Positions 1 to 14,364 of a DNA stretch of 64,000 bases are shown here, in pieces. Under the pieces are notes generated by a model. That model was not told the origin of the DNA. It worked only from the letters and a program-made list of their open reading frames with translations, and did not search any database. How positions within the stretch are numbered: position 1 is the first letter of the stretch; each line of letters begins with the position of its first letter. The position numbers and the translations under genes are program-made. This stretch comes from the human T2T-CHM13v2.0 reference genome, Homo sapiens: assembly GCF_009914755.1 (NCBI RefSeq), contig NC_060925.1, one strand, 5' to 3'.

Positions 1-284
1 TTTTGAGACGGAGTCTCGCTCTGTCACCCAGGCTGAAGTGCAGTGGCGATTTCGGCTCACTGCAAGCTCTGCCTCCCAGGTTCACACCATTCTTCTGCCT
101 CAGCCTCCCAAGTAGCTGGGACTACAGGCGCCCGCCACCATGCCCAGCTGATTTTTTTGTATTTTTAGTAGAGACGGGGTTTCACTGTGTTAGCCAGGAT
201 GGTCTTGATCTCCTAACCTTGTGATCCTCCTGCCTCAGCCTCCCAAAGTGCTGGGATTAAAGGCGTGAGCCACCATGCCCGGCC
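1..284 (-). mobile_element. AluY-like SINE (tail cut by window edge)
   Basis: Reverse-complement Alu with AluY-type diagnostics (GCAAGCTC..GGTTCACACCATTC, TTAGCCAGGATGGTCTTGATCTCCT); ends ..CCCGGCC at 284. Confidence 0.95.
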
Positions 285-421
285 ACTAATTTATTAATTT
301 TTGTAGAGACAGGGTCTCACTGGGTTACCCAGGCTGGTCTCAAAATCCTGGCCTCAAGTGATCCTCCAGGCCTGGGCACTATAAGTGCTGGGATTATAGG
401 TGTGAGCCATCATACCCAGCT
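285..421 (-). mobile_element. Older Alu left arm (AluJ/FLAM-like)
   Basis: CTAATTTATTAATTTTTGTAGAGACAGGGTCTCAC...GCCTCAAGTGATCCTCC...GTGAGCCATCATACCCAGC. Confidence 0.85.
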
Positions 422-1600
422 TAAGAATCTTTTAGTACAGGTCTGCTGGCAATCAATTTTCTTAGTTTTGATTTATTTAAAAATGCCTTATTTTGCTTTT
501 ACATTTGAAGGATGTATTTCCCAATATATAGTTTTTTTCTTTCTTTTAGTCCTCAAGAAGTAGTTTCATGATCTTCTGAATTCCAATGTTTCTAATGAGA
601 AATACCCACTTTTGAAATTGTTTATTATTATTTTTTCAAGCTTTTTTTTTTTAACTTTTACTTTAAATCCAGCAGTACAAGTGCATGTTTGTTACATAGG
701 TAAACTTGTGTCATGGGGGTTTGTTGTACAGCTTATTTCCTCACTTAGGTATTAAGCCCAGTACCCATTAGTTATTTTTCCTAATTCTCTCCTTCCTCCC
801 ACCCTCCACCCTCTCAAAGGCCCCAGTGTGTGTTATTCCCCTCTACAGTTAGCTCTCACTTATAAGTGAGAACATGCGGTATATGGTTTCTGTTCCTGTA
901 TTAGTTTGCTAAGGATAATGGCCTCCAGCTCCACCCATGCTCCTGCAAAGAACAAAATCTCATTCTTTTTATGGCTGCATAGTTATTTCACATCCTCCTG
1001 TTTTAATGTAATATTTTTCTAGCTCTTTTTAAAATTTTGTCTTTATCCTTAATTATCTCAGTATAACTATGATGTAATTTACTTTGTATTTATTCTGCTT
1101 TGGGGCTAATGACTTTTGAATCAATAGATTTGTGACTTTTACTAAATTTGGGAAGTTTTTGGCAATTATTTGTTAAAATATTTTTTTCTGCTTTTCTTTC
1201 TTCCCCTTCATTTCTGAGACTTTAATAGCTTGTGCATTAGAACTTTTAATATCACAAATTCTTTAGGCTCTGTTTGTTTATGGGACCATTTTTGTCCTCT
1301 GTGTTCTTCAAATTCTATAATTTGTACTGATTTATCTTTAAGTATACTGACTATTTACATAGTACCTATATTTCTTTTTTTAAGCCCAACCAGGTATTTT
1401 TATTTTATATATTCTAATTCTCAATTTTCAAATTTCAATTTGATTCTTTGTGGTTTGTATTCTTCTGCTGATATTTCCAAATTGTTCATTTATTTTAACC
1501 ATATTTTTATTTATATTATTGAACATAGCTATAATAGCTGTTTTAAATGACTTTTCTCTCAAATTTTGCATCTTTCTGTTGGTTTCTATTGATTATCTTT
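422..1600 (-). mobile_element. Old L1M fragments (ORF1 region), interrupted by an L1PA 3' end
   Basis: T-rich diverged L1 antisense sequence, e.g. GTACAGGTCTGCTGGCAATCAATTTTCTTAG and AAATTTGGGAAGTTTTTGGCAATTATT. Confidence 0.6.
642..983 (-). mobile_element. L1PA (approx. L1PA13-16) 3' end
   Basis: Poly-T then L1 3'UTR antisense (GTTTGTTACATAGGTAAACTTGTGTCATGGGGG; CACTTATAAGTGAGAACATGCGGTA; TTTTATGGCTGCATAGT). Confidence 0.9.
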
Positions 1601-1609
1601 TGTATGAAG

Positions 1610-3460
1610 TACTGTTCTCAGTCAATGAACAAAACAAACCCATAATCTTTCCTTGTGGAATTTACATTCTAGTAAGAGAAGGCAGACAATAAACAAGTAA
1701 ATTATATTACATATTAAAAGACAGTAATTACTACAAAAGTGAACAATAAACAGATAATTTTAAATGCGACAATTAGAGAAGACGTCACTGAACATGATTG
1801 GGGCAAATATTTGAGGATGATGAGGGAACAAGACATTCAGTTCAAATAGCTAAGATGAAGGCTTGAGGCTCAATGAACAAAAAGTGAAAATGCCATTAGG
1901 AAAAAGCATGAATGGTGTGCTTAAACACCATCAACCAGGCTTGTTTGCTTAGAATGAAATGGGCAAGGGGAAAGTGCATTTGAAGCAGGTATAGATAAGT
2001 AGTGAGGATGCCAAATTATGTATTGGCTTGTAGGCCACTTTAAGGACTTTGGTTTTTACTCTTAAAAAGATGGAGAATCATTAGAGGGTTGTAAGTAGAG
2101 AAATAATATTATCTGATTTCATCTTTAAAATATTATATTCATCAATATATTAAAATATTTTCATTAATATATTAAAAATATTTTCATTAATATATTAAAA
2201 TAGACTATAGAAAAAGAAGGTTATAAGCAAGAGGTCAGGTAAGGGACTGTTGTAAAAATCTGAGAAAGAAAAGGTAATGCCTGGGATCAGAGCAACAGCA
2301 CCTGATTTGCCGGAAGAAGTGAGCCCTGTTTATGTTGAAGATAAAGTGAAACATATTTTGTGATGATATTGTGAGTTGTGAGAAAAAGAGAAGAGTAAAG
2401 CTTAACTTCAGGGTATTTGGTTTAATTGCCTGGAAGAGCCATCAATACTAACTAAATAGGGAAAGGCTTTGGGTAGTACATGTTTAAGGGTTAAAGAACA
2501 GGCCTGAATTTAAATTTTTGCCTTGTTACATTTGAGATATCTAACAGACATTCTAATGAAACTTTAAAGAGAGAAGCAAAAACAAACAAACAAACAAACA
2601 AAAAACAAAACTTTGGAGTTCAAGTTACAGGTCCATGTCTGATATATGTGTTCAGAAAGCAACAAAATGTAGAATATTTAAAACCATATTGCTAAATTAG
2701 GTTACCTATTGAGTTAGTACAAACAGAGAAGAGAACCAAGAGTTGGGTCTTGAGATACCACTACATTAAGAGGCTTAGGGAGATGAGACAAATCCATTAA
2801 AGAAGATTCATGAGAATCTGCCAGTTACTTAGGTGGAAATACTAGAGAGTGACATCCTAGAAGCCAAATAAAGCAAGATTATCAATGAGGAGGGAATAAG
2901 CTTTTGACAAATACTGATGACAGGTTAATTAACATGAGGGCTGAGAACTGGCTATTTAAATTAGCAAAAATTAGGCCATTAGGAGCTTGACAAAAGAAGT
3001 TCCAATAAGAACAAAAAACTAACCTACTAGCAATAAAGATATGTTTCACATGAGTTTAAGGGAAAATGAGATGAGAAAAAATAGAGACAGTGGGTATAAA
3101 TACACTTTTCAATAAGTTTTGCTGTAAAGATAGAAAAAAATGACTGGTTAGCTGAAGGACAGAGCAGGGCCAAGAGTGTTTAAGATGGGATAACTTATTG
3201 TATGATGATACGTTGATAAGAATAAGCCTGTATAAAATGAAAAAATGATATAGACAAAAGGTTTGAAAATTCCTGGAGGGATGTCTTTCAGTATGTGAGA
3301 GGATATGGAGCCTTTGAAAGAAGCAGGGCTAATTCATCTATAGTAATAGGTAGGAGGCAGAATAAATATGTCCAGGTGGTGGTATCTGGGTAAATGTCAT
3401 TCTAAAAGTCTGTAAAACCTTTTTTTTATACAATATTTTCTATCTTTCTCAGTGAACTAG
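1610..3460 (-). mobile_element. L2 LINE, long fragment
   Basis: GGAATTTACATTCTAGTAAGAGAAGGCAGACAATAAACAAG and GTAGGCCACTTTAAGGACTTTGGTTTTTACTC match antisense L2. Confidence 0.75.
2134..2200. repeat. ~23-24 bp AT-rich tandem repeat, about 3 copies
   Basis: ATATT(T)TCAT(C/T)AATATATTAAAA repeated. Confidence 0.8.
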
Positions 3461-4062
3461 GAAGCAATGTCTTGAGCATAGGAGAGAAGGTCTTGTAAAT
3501 TTGTATTCAGGGGTTGAAGAAGAAATTCATCATCTATTAGAAAAATTGAATGGACTGGGGTATCTAGTGTGATTGTACAGCAGTATTAAGGATCTGTAAT
3601 AAATAGAAGGCATTAGAAAAGAAATATTTAGAGAAAAAAGAATTCATAGAAATTAACTTATGATAGCAAAAATGCAAACTTCAATTGAAAATCTAGAAAA
3701 AAATTTGAGGAAATATCCTAGAATAAGAAGTAAAGAAGTAAGTGGTTATAAAATAGGGAGAAAATTTCAAATATAGGGGAGCATAATATCTAAATAATAG
3801 AAGTTTTATAAATAAATAAAAAATAAAACGTACAGGATTATAAAAGAGTGAAAAATTCATGAAAATTACTGAGATAATTTTCAAGATCTCAAGATTAGAA
3901 AAGATTTAAAAATTACTCCCAAACAGGAAAGAAGCACAACAGATAAGAAGGAAGAAAAAGATTCACACCAAAGCCCCATTGACATGATATGAAAATTTAA
4001 TACAGGAAGGCTCAGGGCAAAACAATAATGTCTTCAAACTTACAAGAGGAGTTAATTCTCAA

Positions 4063-4421
<359 letters not shown>

Positions 4422-4769
4422 AATGTATCCATTCATTGTGAGGCTTCAATACATACATTTTCAGACTTGCATATACCCAAAAAAGTAATTTTGTTGTGTT
4501 GTTTTTCAATAATTTATTTAAAAATTTGCTTCACCAAAAGGAGAGAGTCATGAATAAAGAGGAAGACTTTGGATAACATACAGGATATTTATTACAGGCA
4601 AAGGGCATCCTGCAGATGATGGTGAAGGGAGATTCCAGGATAAGCACATTCGTTAGGACTTCCATTCAGACTGCTATATGAGGGCAAGAGCCCTGGCAAT
4701 AATGATTTTTAAAAAGTCCAAAAACCTTAGAGTTCCTGATATGTGTAAACAACAGAAAAAACAAATATC

Positions 4770-5435
4770 TCACCTGATTCCCTGTAATTGCCTCCTAACT
4801 CTTCTCTCTGTTCCACCCTGTTTGCCTCCCAATATAGTCCCCACTATTCTCAACCCAGCTGCCAAGCAAATCCTCTTAAAATGCTTTTAAAAGACTTTTA
4901 GAAACACATTCTTTTAAATTCTTTTAAAACTCAAATAATATCACTTCTCTGCTCAAACCCTGAAAACTTATTTCCCATAAAATAAAATCGAAGTTTGAAC
5001 AGTGACTTACAAGTCCCCACATATGTAAACCCCATTTCCTAACTTTATCTCCTACTCCTCAACTCCTCATTCTGTCAGTTCCTACCACACTTTTCTCCAA
5101 CATGCCAGGCATGCTTCTAGATTGGGTCCTTTGCTCTGACTACTTTCAAGGATGTAAAGGAGGTCCTTTAAACCTCTTCTCTAATGTCAGCTTTTCAAGG
5201 AGACCTATGAACTCTGCTTTCTATTCATCATAGCCTACCCTACCTTTTGCCCCCATAACTTCTAGCACTTCTAATGTTGTAGATAGTATGTGCCTTGTTA
5301 CAATATAGTTTACTATATGTCTCACTGGCCAGATTGTGAGCTCCAAATAGTCAGAGAGCTGTTTATGAGGATACTGTTAGGTTCCAGATTCTCAGAGAAG
5401 TACCTAGCAATTTAAAGGCACTCAGTAAATATTTC
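4770..5435 (+). mobile_element. L2 3' fragment
   Basis: TGCCTCCTAACT..TCACTTCTCTGCTCAAACCC..AGATTGTGAGCTCC..GGCACTCAGTAAATATTT. Confidence 0.75.
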
Positions 5436-5832
5436 TCAGAGAATTGTTTCTGTGCCAGATTTTGAGGATGAAGTAGCAAACAATATGTATTAAACAAAAG
5501 AAAAAATGCTCCAGTTATTAATTCTAAAAAAATAATATTTGTACAAAAAATAAAATAAGCTCATAGTCTACTACCTCACTCAGCTGTGGAAATATTTACA
5601 CAGTATTTATAATACAAGCCTTGCTTATATTATATTATATATTATATAATAAAAGCTTTGTTTATATTACTATAAACAAAATTGGTGATATAAACTTAAG
5701 AGAAAGGTTGAAGGAATAGTGTGTATGTGTGTAATAAGTAAAAAAAAACCTAGGTCTTCCTATAATTCTAGGAAATAAAAGTATATATCTAACTAAAATA
5801 TCACAATTACAAAAATTGCGAGAACAATTTTA

Positions 5833-6208
<376 letters not shown>

Positions 6209-6460
6209 TTAATAGTGAGATATAAAAATAATTTTTAAAACTGTATCCATCAGTAACTTGGATTTATCTTAAAAATAAATGTATAAATATTTTAAAATGT
6301 TATTCATCATTTTGTGAACTATTCTTCCTTGTCATGGTCATAAGCTTTAGGTTAACACCAATGAATCAAAACCACTAAATAATTTAAGCCCCTTTTTCAT
6401 TTAGAGGTCCAGAGCACTGACAAACTAGTTTAGCCAATTTGTATTAAAAATGGATCCACT

Positions 6461-6766
<306 letters not shown>

Positions 6767-8071
6767 TTATTTAATCATAATTCTCTCCGAAGCTATGGCA
6801 CAAATAACTCATTTAATGTTTATTAAAACATATTACTGGAACCATACCAGTCTAATTTATGCAAAATTTGTCTTGATTACAATACGTGTAGTTCATATGG
6901 CTCTTACATAGTACAAATGGGTTTGTAATTCTTTGGCTGTTTAAGGGGATGATTTACAAGTAAGTTTTGCATGGTTATAACTTAGATTTGACTTAGAATG
7001 AGTTGCAAATTTAACCCTCTCACTCAAATAACAAGAAAATAAAGCATGGCAATTCTAGAAAGACTAGGACATTTAAAATATGGAACGAAGTTAACTTCTG
7101 AAAGATAATGGAAACCTCAAAGACAGAATCATTTTAATGTTGGGATATTTCTGCAAGTGTTTTGTAAATGTGCTCCTTAGCTTCAAAATCAAATCTGCTA
7201 AGTGAACTGAAGTGAGAAAATGAAGTGCATTGTTCAAGTTCCTGAATGTCAGGCTACAAGTTTATCATTTCAAAGCCTAAAATGCTTTATAGCTTTTCAA
7301 CTGGCCTGTGAATAGAGGTGAATATATTAGTTAAGCCAAAGACACTTTTTATAATCTCACTTAATTTTATTTTTTCTAAATCAGGTTCACAGAGAAAAAA
7401 TATTCTTTTTCAGTAAACTTTAATCATTAACCAAGTACCAATAAGAAGAAATATATACTCTTTACCTTATATTTGAAAGGTCAGCTGTCTGTCATATATT
7501 CTTTTTTGCCTTGAAAGCAGTATGAGATTACACAATCTTATTTTACTTGGCTTGCTTCAGATTTATCACTTCTCCAGCTATCAGTGGAACACAGCTTATA
7601 GCATGTTGTTCACATAAGCTGTGATATACATCTGCCAGCAAAACATTCTAGTTTCTAAGATTTCTCTCTCTTCTTCATAAGAAAAATTCTTCCATTTCTC
7701 ATTTGCTTACTTCAGAAGCATCCCTTTTGAAACATTTCCCTGTTGTAATACATGTCTGGTTGCAATCACTTGTGAGACTTGGCTTTGGATCATGGTACAG
7801 TAAAATACAATATATGATCTAATTCATTTAACATAATTTCAATGAACAACCATTACATGCAAAACTTTTAGTGGATGTAAAAGGATGTGTATCGTGTATT
7901 ATATGAAGTCTCAATATAAATAATAATAAATTTTCCAAAGATAAAAGGGATCCACGTTAGAAGTAGTTTCCCATCACCAGAAGTATCATACATGGGAAAG
8001 ATGACTAATTAGTACATGATGAATTTTTCTGAGTATTACATATGAGGAAGAAGAATCGATCACAGAGTAAG

Positions 8072-8242
8072 GTGGGATATTGTGTAGTAAAGAATTTAAT
8101 CTTGCCCCCAAAATAGTATGGGCCTTGCCCTTGATTTCTGGGAGGTAAACTATAAGCCTTTGGAATGTCATGGATGATAGGATTATTTTTATATGCCTGG
8201 AGGCCTTGGGTCATGCCAGACAGTCTAACAATGTTATTCAGG
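8072..8242 (+). mobile_element. MER21C-like LTR, 5' fragment
   Basis: TGTAGTAAAGAATTTAATCTTGCCC..GGGAGGTAAACTATAAGCCTTTGGAATGTCATG..GCCAGACAGTCTAACAATG matches the recalled MER21C start. Confidence 0.7.
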
Positions 8243-8249
8243 AAACCAG

Positions 8250-9640
8250 CCACTTTGTTGGCTTCTAGTGAATTTTCCTGTAAGTGCACTAATCCATTGT
8301 CCACTTAGATTAACCTGACCAATAAAGACTGGAACTCAACCTGCTGTATTTGTCTCATAGATAACTTAATTTGTCTTAATAGATAACTATTAACAGAGCT
8401 CCAAGCATCAGGATGAGGCCTACCTGTAGGACTGGCTCCAAACAGGCCTTCCAAGTCCCCAGACACCACAAGATTAATACATTCCACAAATCATCAGGAT
8501 CTAACTTAGGAATCTAGCTTCATTTTTTCTTTCTTCAGTTTGTGTGTTGAGTTTTCTATGGTTTTTGTGTTATCCCCTTCACTCGGCCCAAGGTAGAGCA
8601 GAATGTGTTAGCAGTTGCACAGACTCTGCATTGACCAGCAAGAAATAATTCTGGGGAAAGTCTATTGTTCATCATAATCCTGGCCAGTGTTTTGATGCTG
8701 AATTGAATGCCATGTAGGGATAAAAGTGTACATGGATTAATTCAGCTACAGTCAGAGACAAATTTTACAACATATTTTCCTAATGGGAGAGCTCTCATTG
8801 TATAGATAACTGACTATAGTATGTAAATAATAAGCTAATTATTCTTCCTATAAGTTTTCTCCCAAGTAACTAATGGCAACTTCATTTTAGAGAGACCTCC
8901 ACAGTCATGGGAGGGATATAAGTTTACTGGTGACATTCCCTTAAATAAGTGAAGGCCTCTGGGACAATTCCTAAAGTGCCAATTTCTGTGTTTTGGGGAA
9001 GATGGCAAGATAATGTCTGGCTTCCACACAAGAAGCACAGTCCTGGAGTTACATATGGGAGGAAATTGTTGTTTACAGTTGTTGGGACACCCTAAATAGC
9101 AATGATATGAGTTGGGTGACAGGTTGACATTTCTTCCAACAGTCCTCTCAACCAACTGATATGCCTTAGAGTTGCCAGTTCAGTTTGAATATTTTAGTCT
9201 AGTTCTTGTTTTGGAGGGAATGTTTGAAGATAGTTGGTTCAACCTGTCCTGTTTGTTCATGTCACCAGATGGGTGGTATGTCCTCTTTCTTCATGTCACC
9301 AGATGGGATGGCTACTTTGTGGAAAAATGGAGAGAAGAGAAGACTACAGTGATGGGACCAGGTACTATATCCAGTGGTATTTTTCTTGGGAGGTGCTGGA
9401 GTCAACCTACTGTTTCCAATACACTTCTTAGTAAGATTAAGAGAAATGGCAATCAAATTATGGTCAGACCAGAGTCATGATGTCATGGTGAGAGGGTAGG
9501 GAGGGGATGGCAGTCAACCCAGCAGTCAGTTACATTTAAGGTGCTTGCCACAGTGTGGGAGAGCCACACGGGGCATTTTCCTTTATTAGAAAGGGTGAAG
9601 GCAAAAGAGCTTCTGAAAGACAAATTATCATTAATGGTTC
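8250..9640 (-). pseudogene. Degraded class I (gamma-type) endogenous retrovirus env gene
   Basis: Minus-strand manual translation gives, in order: SU motif LSHTVASTLNVTDCWVDCHP (~9560-9505), TPGLCFLCGSQ (~9050-9015), ENML*NLSLTVAELIH (~8780-8730), ISD/CX6CC-like TLARIMMNNRLSPELFLAGQCRVCATANTFCST (~8690-8590) and TM anchor DLWNVLILWCLGTWKACLEPVLQVGLILMLGALLIVIY (~8490-8380). Multiple stops and frameshifts. Confidence 0.85.
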
Positions 9641-10399
9641 TTTCTCTTCCATACCTCCCAGGGTCTAAGGTATTTTCATTCTCTCCTCAGATACTAGGGT
9701 TACTCTACTCCACTAGCTCAAAATCAATCTGTTCCTCTCCAGTAGCTATAAGATCACTGTTTTTCCAATAATTTCCTATTCACACCTAGAACATTTGTCC
9801 ATAAGAGTCAATTGCAAGAGAGGCAAGAGCATTATTATAAAACTCAGCCACAATTAAATTTGAATCCCCTCTTTTGGCTGAACTGCCACTTGGAGGGTGC
9901 ATCAGCTATGCCTGCCTAGGGTTTCCATTAGAGGGAAAGAAGTACCCATCATGCCCAGAAATTGTCAGGGTGGAATCCTGAACTTTCATCACTTTTATAA
10001 ATATTTTTACTCTTGTAAGACTATTTTTCTCCCAGTCCAGTCTCACTTGGCTAACTCCCACTATTTCTAATTATAAGTATCTCCACCAGAAGTTCTTTCA
10101 TCCCTCTTGACTAAGTTAGTTGCTTTTCTACTTTCTTCCAGAAAGTATCTTCCATAATATATAAAATTGCCTACATAGATTCCCAAGTTCCCTACCCTAG
10201 TCTTTACTGGCTTAGATTATGTTTTAATCAATAGTGCATCGGCAGCTTTTAGCATAGGACCTTGCACATAATTGATCTTAACAGTGTAGAATAAATGAAT
10301 AAAAGAAACCTAGAAAAATAAAATCTTTGCAGGATAGTTTCAAATCATCAATAGAGAGAAACTAAGGCTCAGCAATCTCACTGTCAAGTCCAGAAAATG

Positions 10400-11035
10400 T
10401 GCATTTGTATACTGATTGCACTATTGTTCGTAATAACAAAAATTGGTAACTAAATATTGAACAGTGAAAGAATTGGTTAATAAATTGTGAGGCATCTCTG
10501 TTGTAGAAAACCATGCAGCCACAGCAAAGAAGATGTTGGACCTATATACATTTTATACATTGAAATAATGTATCATTCACATATTTAAAAAATAGCAAGT
10601 TACAGATTCTTATGTATACCATTATCCCATGATTATGATTATTAAGAAACAAAATGTACACTTGCACATAGGTCAAGAGAAGACAGAGAATGAGAGAGAC
10701 AGTGAGAAAGATATGAAGAAATCCAATTAAAACACAGGAATGCTGTAGCCATCTCTAAAGAGGGGTTACTTCTGAAGGTGAACTGGAGTTGGTGGAAAAG
10801 ACTTTTGTTCATTTCTTTATATCATGCAAAAAAAATTGGAACCAAGGGTAGTTTCTCATATTTTGTTATTTCTATTGTTCAAATAGCTTAAGCAATACAT
10901 TTTGAAAGAGGAAACCAGATAAAGTATTAACAGTGCTATTTTAGTGAAGTTAGATTGAAGGTAATTTATCTTACTACTTATATTCTGCTGTATTTTTCAC
11001 TTTCCTGCAATAAGCATATATATTAAATAAAAGTT
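10400..11035 (+). mobile_element. Old L1ME-type 3' end
   Basis: GATTGCACTATTGTTCGTAATAACAAAAATTGG..GAATTGGTTAATAAATTGTGAGGCATC..CATGCAGCC. Confidence 0.6.
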
Positions 11036-13269
11036 ATGTAAGAATCTTTCTTGGCAAAGCCTGAAAAAGCAATGAAGATGATTGCTAGAGCAGAGTATGC
11101 TATTATTTTATCTTCTACTCAATTCATCTTGAAAGTAAATAGATTGTAATGTAGGCCATAATTTTGTGTTTAATTGCCACCTATATATGTTTCTCTCACT
11201 GCAATTAAAATGGACATAATGAAGAAAATGTTTATACCTTCTGTATAAATCATCAGAAAGTGTCCCTCTGGAGTTCTCTGTCAAGAGTAGTTGTAATGTT
11301 TGTATTTTAAGTATTTATTATAATAGTGTGAAAACCCATCTTGCTTATTCCCACAGTGTCTGGGCTTATATTAGGCACATGTAGATTTAATAAATGTTTA
11401 TTGAACACCAAAATCATTGAATAACTCTAAAACTATAAAATCAAGTCAATTAAATAGAGAAAGAAAGTTAATTCCCCTAGGGAGCTTTTTCTGAAACAAA
11501 ATTTCACAGCCTGGGGAAATATCCATTTTGGAGTTGAACTCTTTATGGCTAAAACTGCATGGGGTGTCATGATAAATACGTTTCCTTAAGGTTGCCTTTG
11601 TCTGACTGCTAGCAACTCACCAGGTGGCTGCAACTGTGGAAAAATATTTAGTTCTTTAAACATTTCAGTCATGCAGTAGTTCTTTAAACAGTGACAAATA
11701 GCCAACATTTCTCCATAGTTTACAACCTTTTTCTTAATAGGTTTTCCAGTGGGAGTGAGAGCTCCTATTTAGTCAACATTTAGTTAATGTTATTTTTCTA
11801 ATTATCCAATATGACTAATTTAAAATGTCTTAACTTTTAATCAAATCATCTTTCTGCACCAGCATGGCTACTTTTTCAAATGCATAGTTTTATAGTTCTC
11901 AGCCTACTCAACTGTTCAGAAACAACTCTCCTTTAAATTGTGAATTTAGCAAACATTATTGACTACCATGTTCTGGTCCAAATCTACACCAAAATAACTC
12001 TATTAAAGCTATCAAATTGTATACTAGTAATACATGTAAAACTTTAGAATATTTGCATTTGACAATCCATTTGACCTTTGCTTTCATCATTCCTCTATTC
12101 TAAAAGTTAATCTTAATCTTCACTTGTTAAAATTTATTTCATTTATAAAATCTGGCCAAATACCACTTCTTGATGCTTAATTGATTCTCCTTATTCAGAA
12201 GTCATTTTTCCTTCCTTTGAAAATTCATGGTATGCTTTTATTTACATTCAAACGTGTTTTTATATTGTGCAATCTGTTTTCACCTACCTATTTTGTTGAT
12301 TCATCTATCATTTATTTGATACTCCATAAAGTATTCAGTAAGCATTAATTATGCGCATTGTACATGATGAGTACCATTTTTAGGCACTGAAGAAGTTATA
12401 GCAAATATGAGAGAGTTTTGTCCTTAAGGAGCTTACTATCTGGGTTTTTCACTTAATGCATTCCAATTTATGTTAAAATTTCTCTGGTCTTAGAATACTA
12501 AAATGAAAGCATCTTAAGTAAGGAGATATCAATTTATTTATTCTTGGATACCTCTTTGCTCATCACAGAGTACATAATGAGCTTTGCAATATTTACACTA
12601 ATATAACAAATTATTATTGATCAAATATGTTATAATATATTATCTCTTTTAATCCTCATTGCAACTATAAGATATGTACAATTAGCCTTATTTTAAAGAT
12701 TTTACTAGAATTTCATTGGTTATTCATACCAAATAGTATATCAAAAATTTCCAAAGATTTCTTAAATAGTAAAAATTGTAAAAATATGCAACTCAGTGGT
12801 CAAGAAATCAGAGGCTGTATGGACCAAATAGCATGACCATTGTTTTCTGCCTAATAGCAAATGTAAGGATTCTAAAATAGTCATGATTATTTGAAAATAA
12901 GTATTATTGCCATATAACTAGACATGTTTAAAACATTTCTCACAGAAACAGTGATGAAACATAGAAATAAGAGCTTCCAAAATTGATATAAAATGTGATA
13001 AGACACTAATAATCACTATTATTATTATAAATATTTAACCTTATAATTGCCATAGAACATGGGATATTAATATTCTAACTTTTATAACTATATTTAAAAA
13101 CTTCAATGATTGTAGAATACATCCAGTGCAGGATCAGTCATTGAATTAATTTACACATATGTAAGTCTAATACTGGCTTCCTGGGGTTAAAAAAATATGA
13201 TTCATCTACATAACCCAGAGCTCTCATGACACTATACTCTTTTGATCTCTGTCATTTACTTCTTCATTT

Positions 13270-14030
13270 CTTGAGCTAGTCTTTCCAACCTCACTTAATC
13301 ATCACAAATTAAAGTTTCTCAGATTTCTTGCTAGGCCCCTTATCTCCTGACTTTATTTTCTACAAATGTAATCATAGTCACCCCCATAACTTTAATTACG
13401 TGGCCATACTTCAATCATTGCCAATTTTCTAGCTGTAACACTTGCTCACTAATTTATGAGGTTCAACCTGACTGCAGAATGGGTTCAAAACTATTTTTTT
13501 TTTTAAATCCAAAGGCTATTTTCCAAAGAATTCTCCATGGCTCACTCTGGCAGATATTTTAGTTTAACAGAGTCATAGAGCACCATGTAAGCTGTTGTAA
13601 GAATTTGTTTTCACCTTCAAATGAAATGGTGACTGTAAAAAAATATGTGTTTTGGGGTCAGGGGTGGGGGTGGGGAATGGGCAGCCTCAAGAAAGCAAGA
13701 AGAGAGCAGTTAGGACAGAAGTTTGAACAGACATGTTTTGCTGATGTGAATATTACAAAAAGAGAGTAATCAAGGATTAATATAATTTTTTTCATCCAAG
13801 TATCTAGAAATTTGGAGTTGTCATTTACTGAGATTGAGAAAACTGCAGAAAAAGCAGCTGTGGAAACACAAATGGGATTACACTTTAAAGTTAAGTTTTA
13901 GAAACCTATTTTATATCCAAAAGAAGATGTATGAGTCTATATTTGAAGGGAGATGTTCAAATTGAAAATAGAGACTTGGAAGCCATTAAATGGGTTTTAA
14001 AGCAGTGAGATTTGATGAAATGCCCTCTTG
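13270..14030. mobile_element. L2 fragments (mixed orientation)
   Basis: CCCCCATAACTTTAATTAC..; GGAGTTGTCATTTACTGAGATTGAGAAAACTGCAG resemble L2. Confidence 0.5.
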
Positions 14031-14364
14031 AGTAAGGGACCAGAGGGGTAGATCTGACTTATTTGTGACTTAGCCCTTGACATGTCTCAGAACAAACATA
14101 GATGAGGCTGTGCAGATACCACATAAGTCAGTGCAATTTAGACTGTTAATGTGAACACGATTTATTTCACTTACAGACAAATTAGGACCTCAAGGAACAC
14201 AGATTAGAGTCGAATAGTTGAGTATATATTTGTCTCATTTACTAGACTGGGGATTTCTCAAAGCTAGAAGTCATATATTATTTAATAATTTCAGCTAAGA
14301 CTATTTCTTGAATATATTAAATGTGCAATCATTGTTGAGTTAAAGAGAATAGGAAAGTATTCCT

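Noticed and set aside
2134-2200. Short direct repeats (also 9245-9311, 18873-18930, 49138-49190) as a CRISPR-like array
   Set aside because: Only 2-3 copies without unique regular spacers, in eukaryotic DNA; ordinary slippage duplications.
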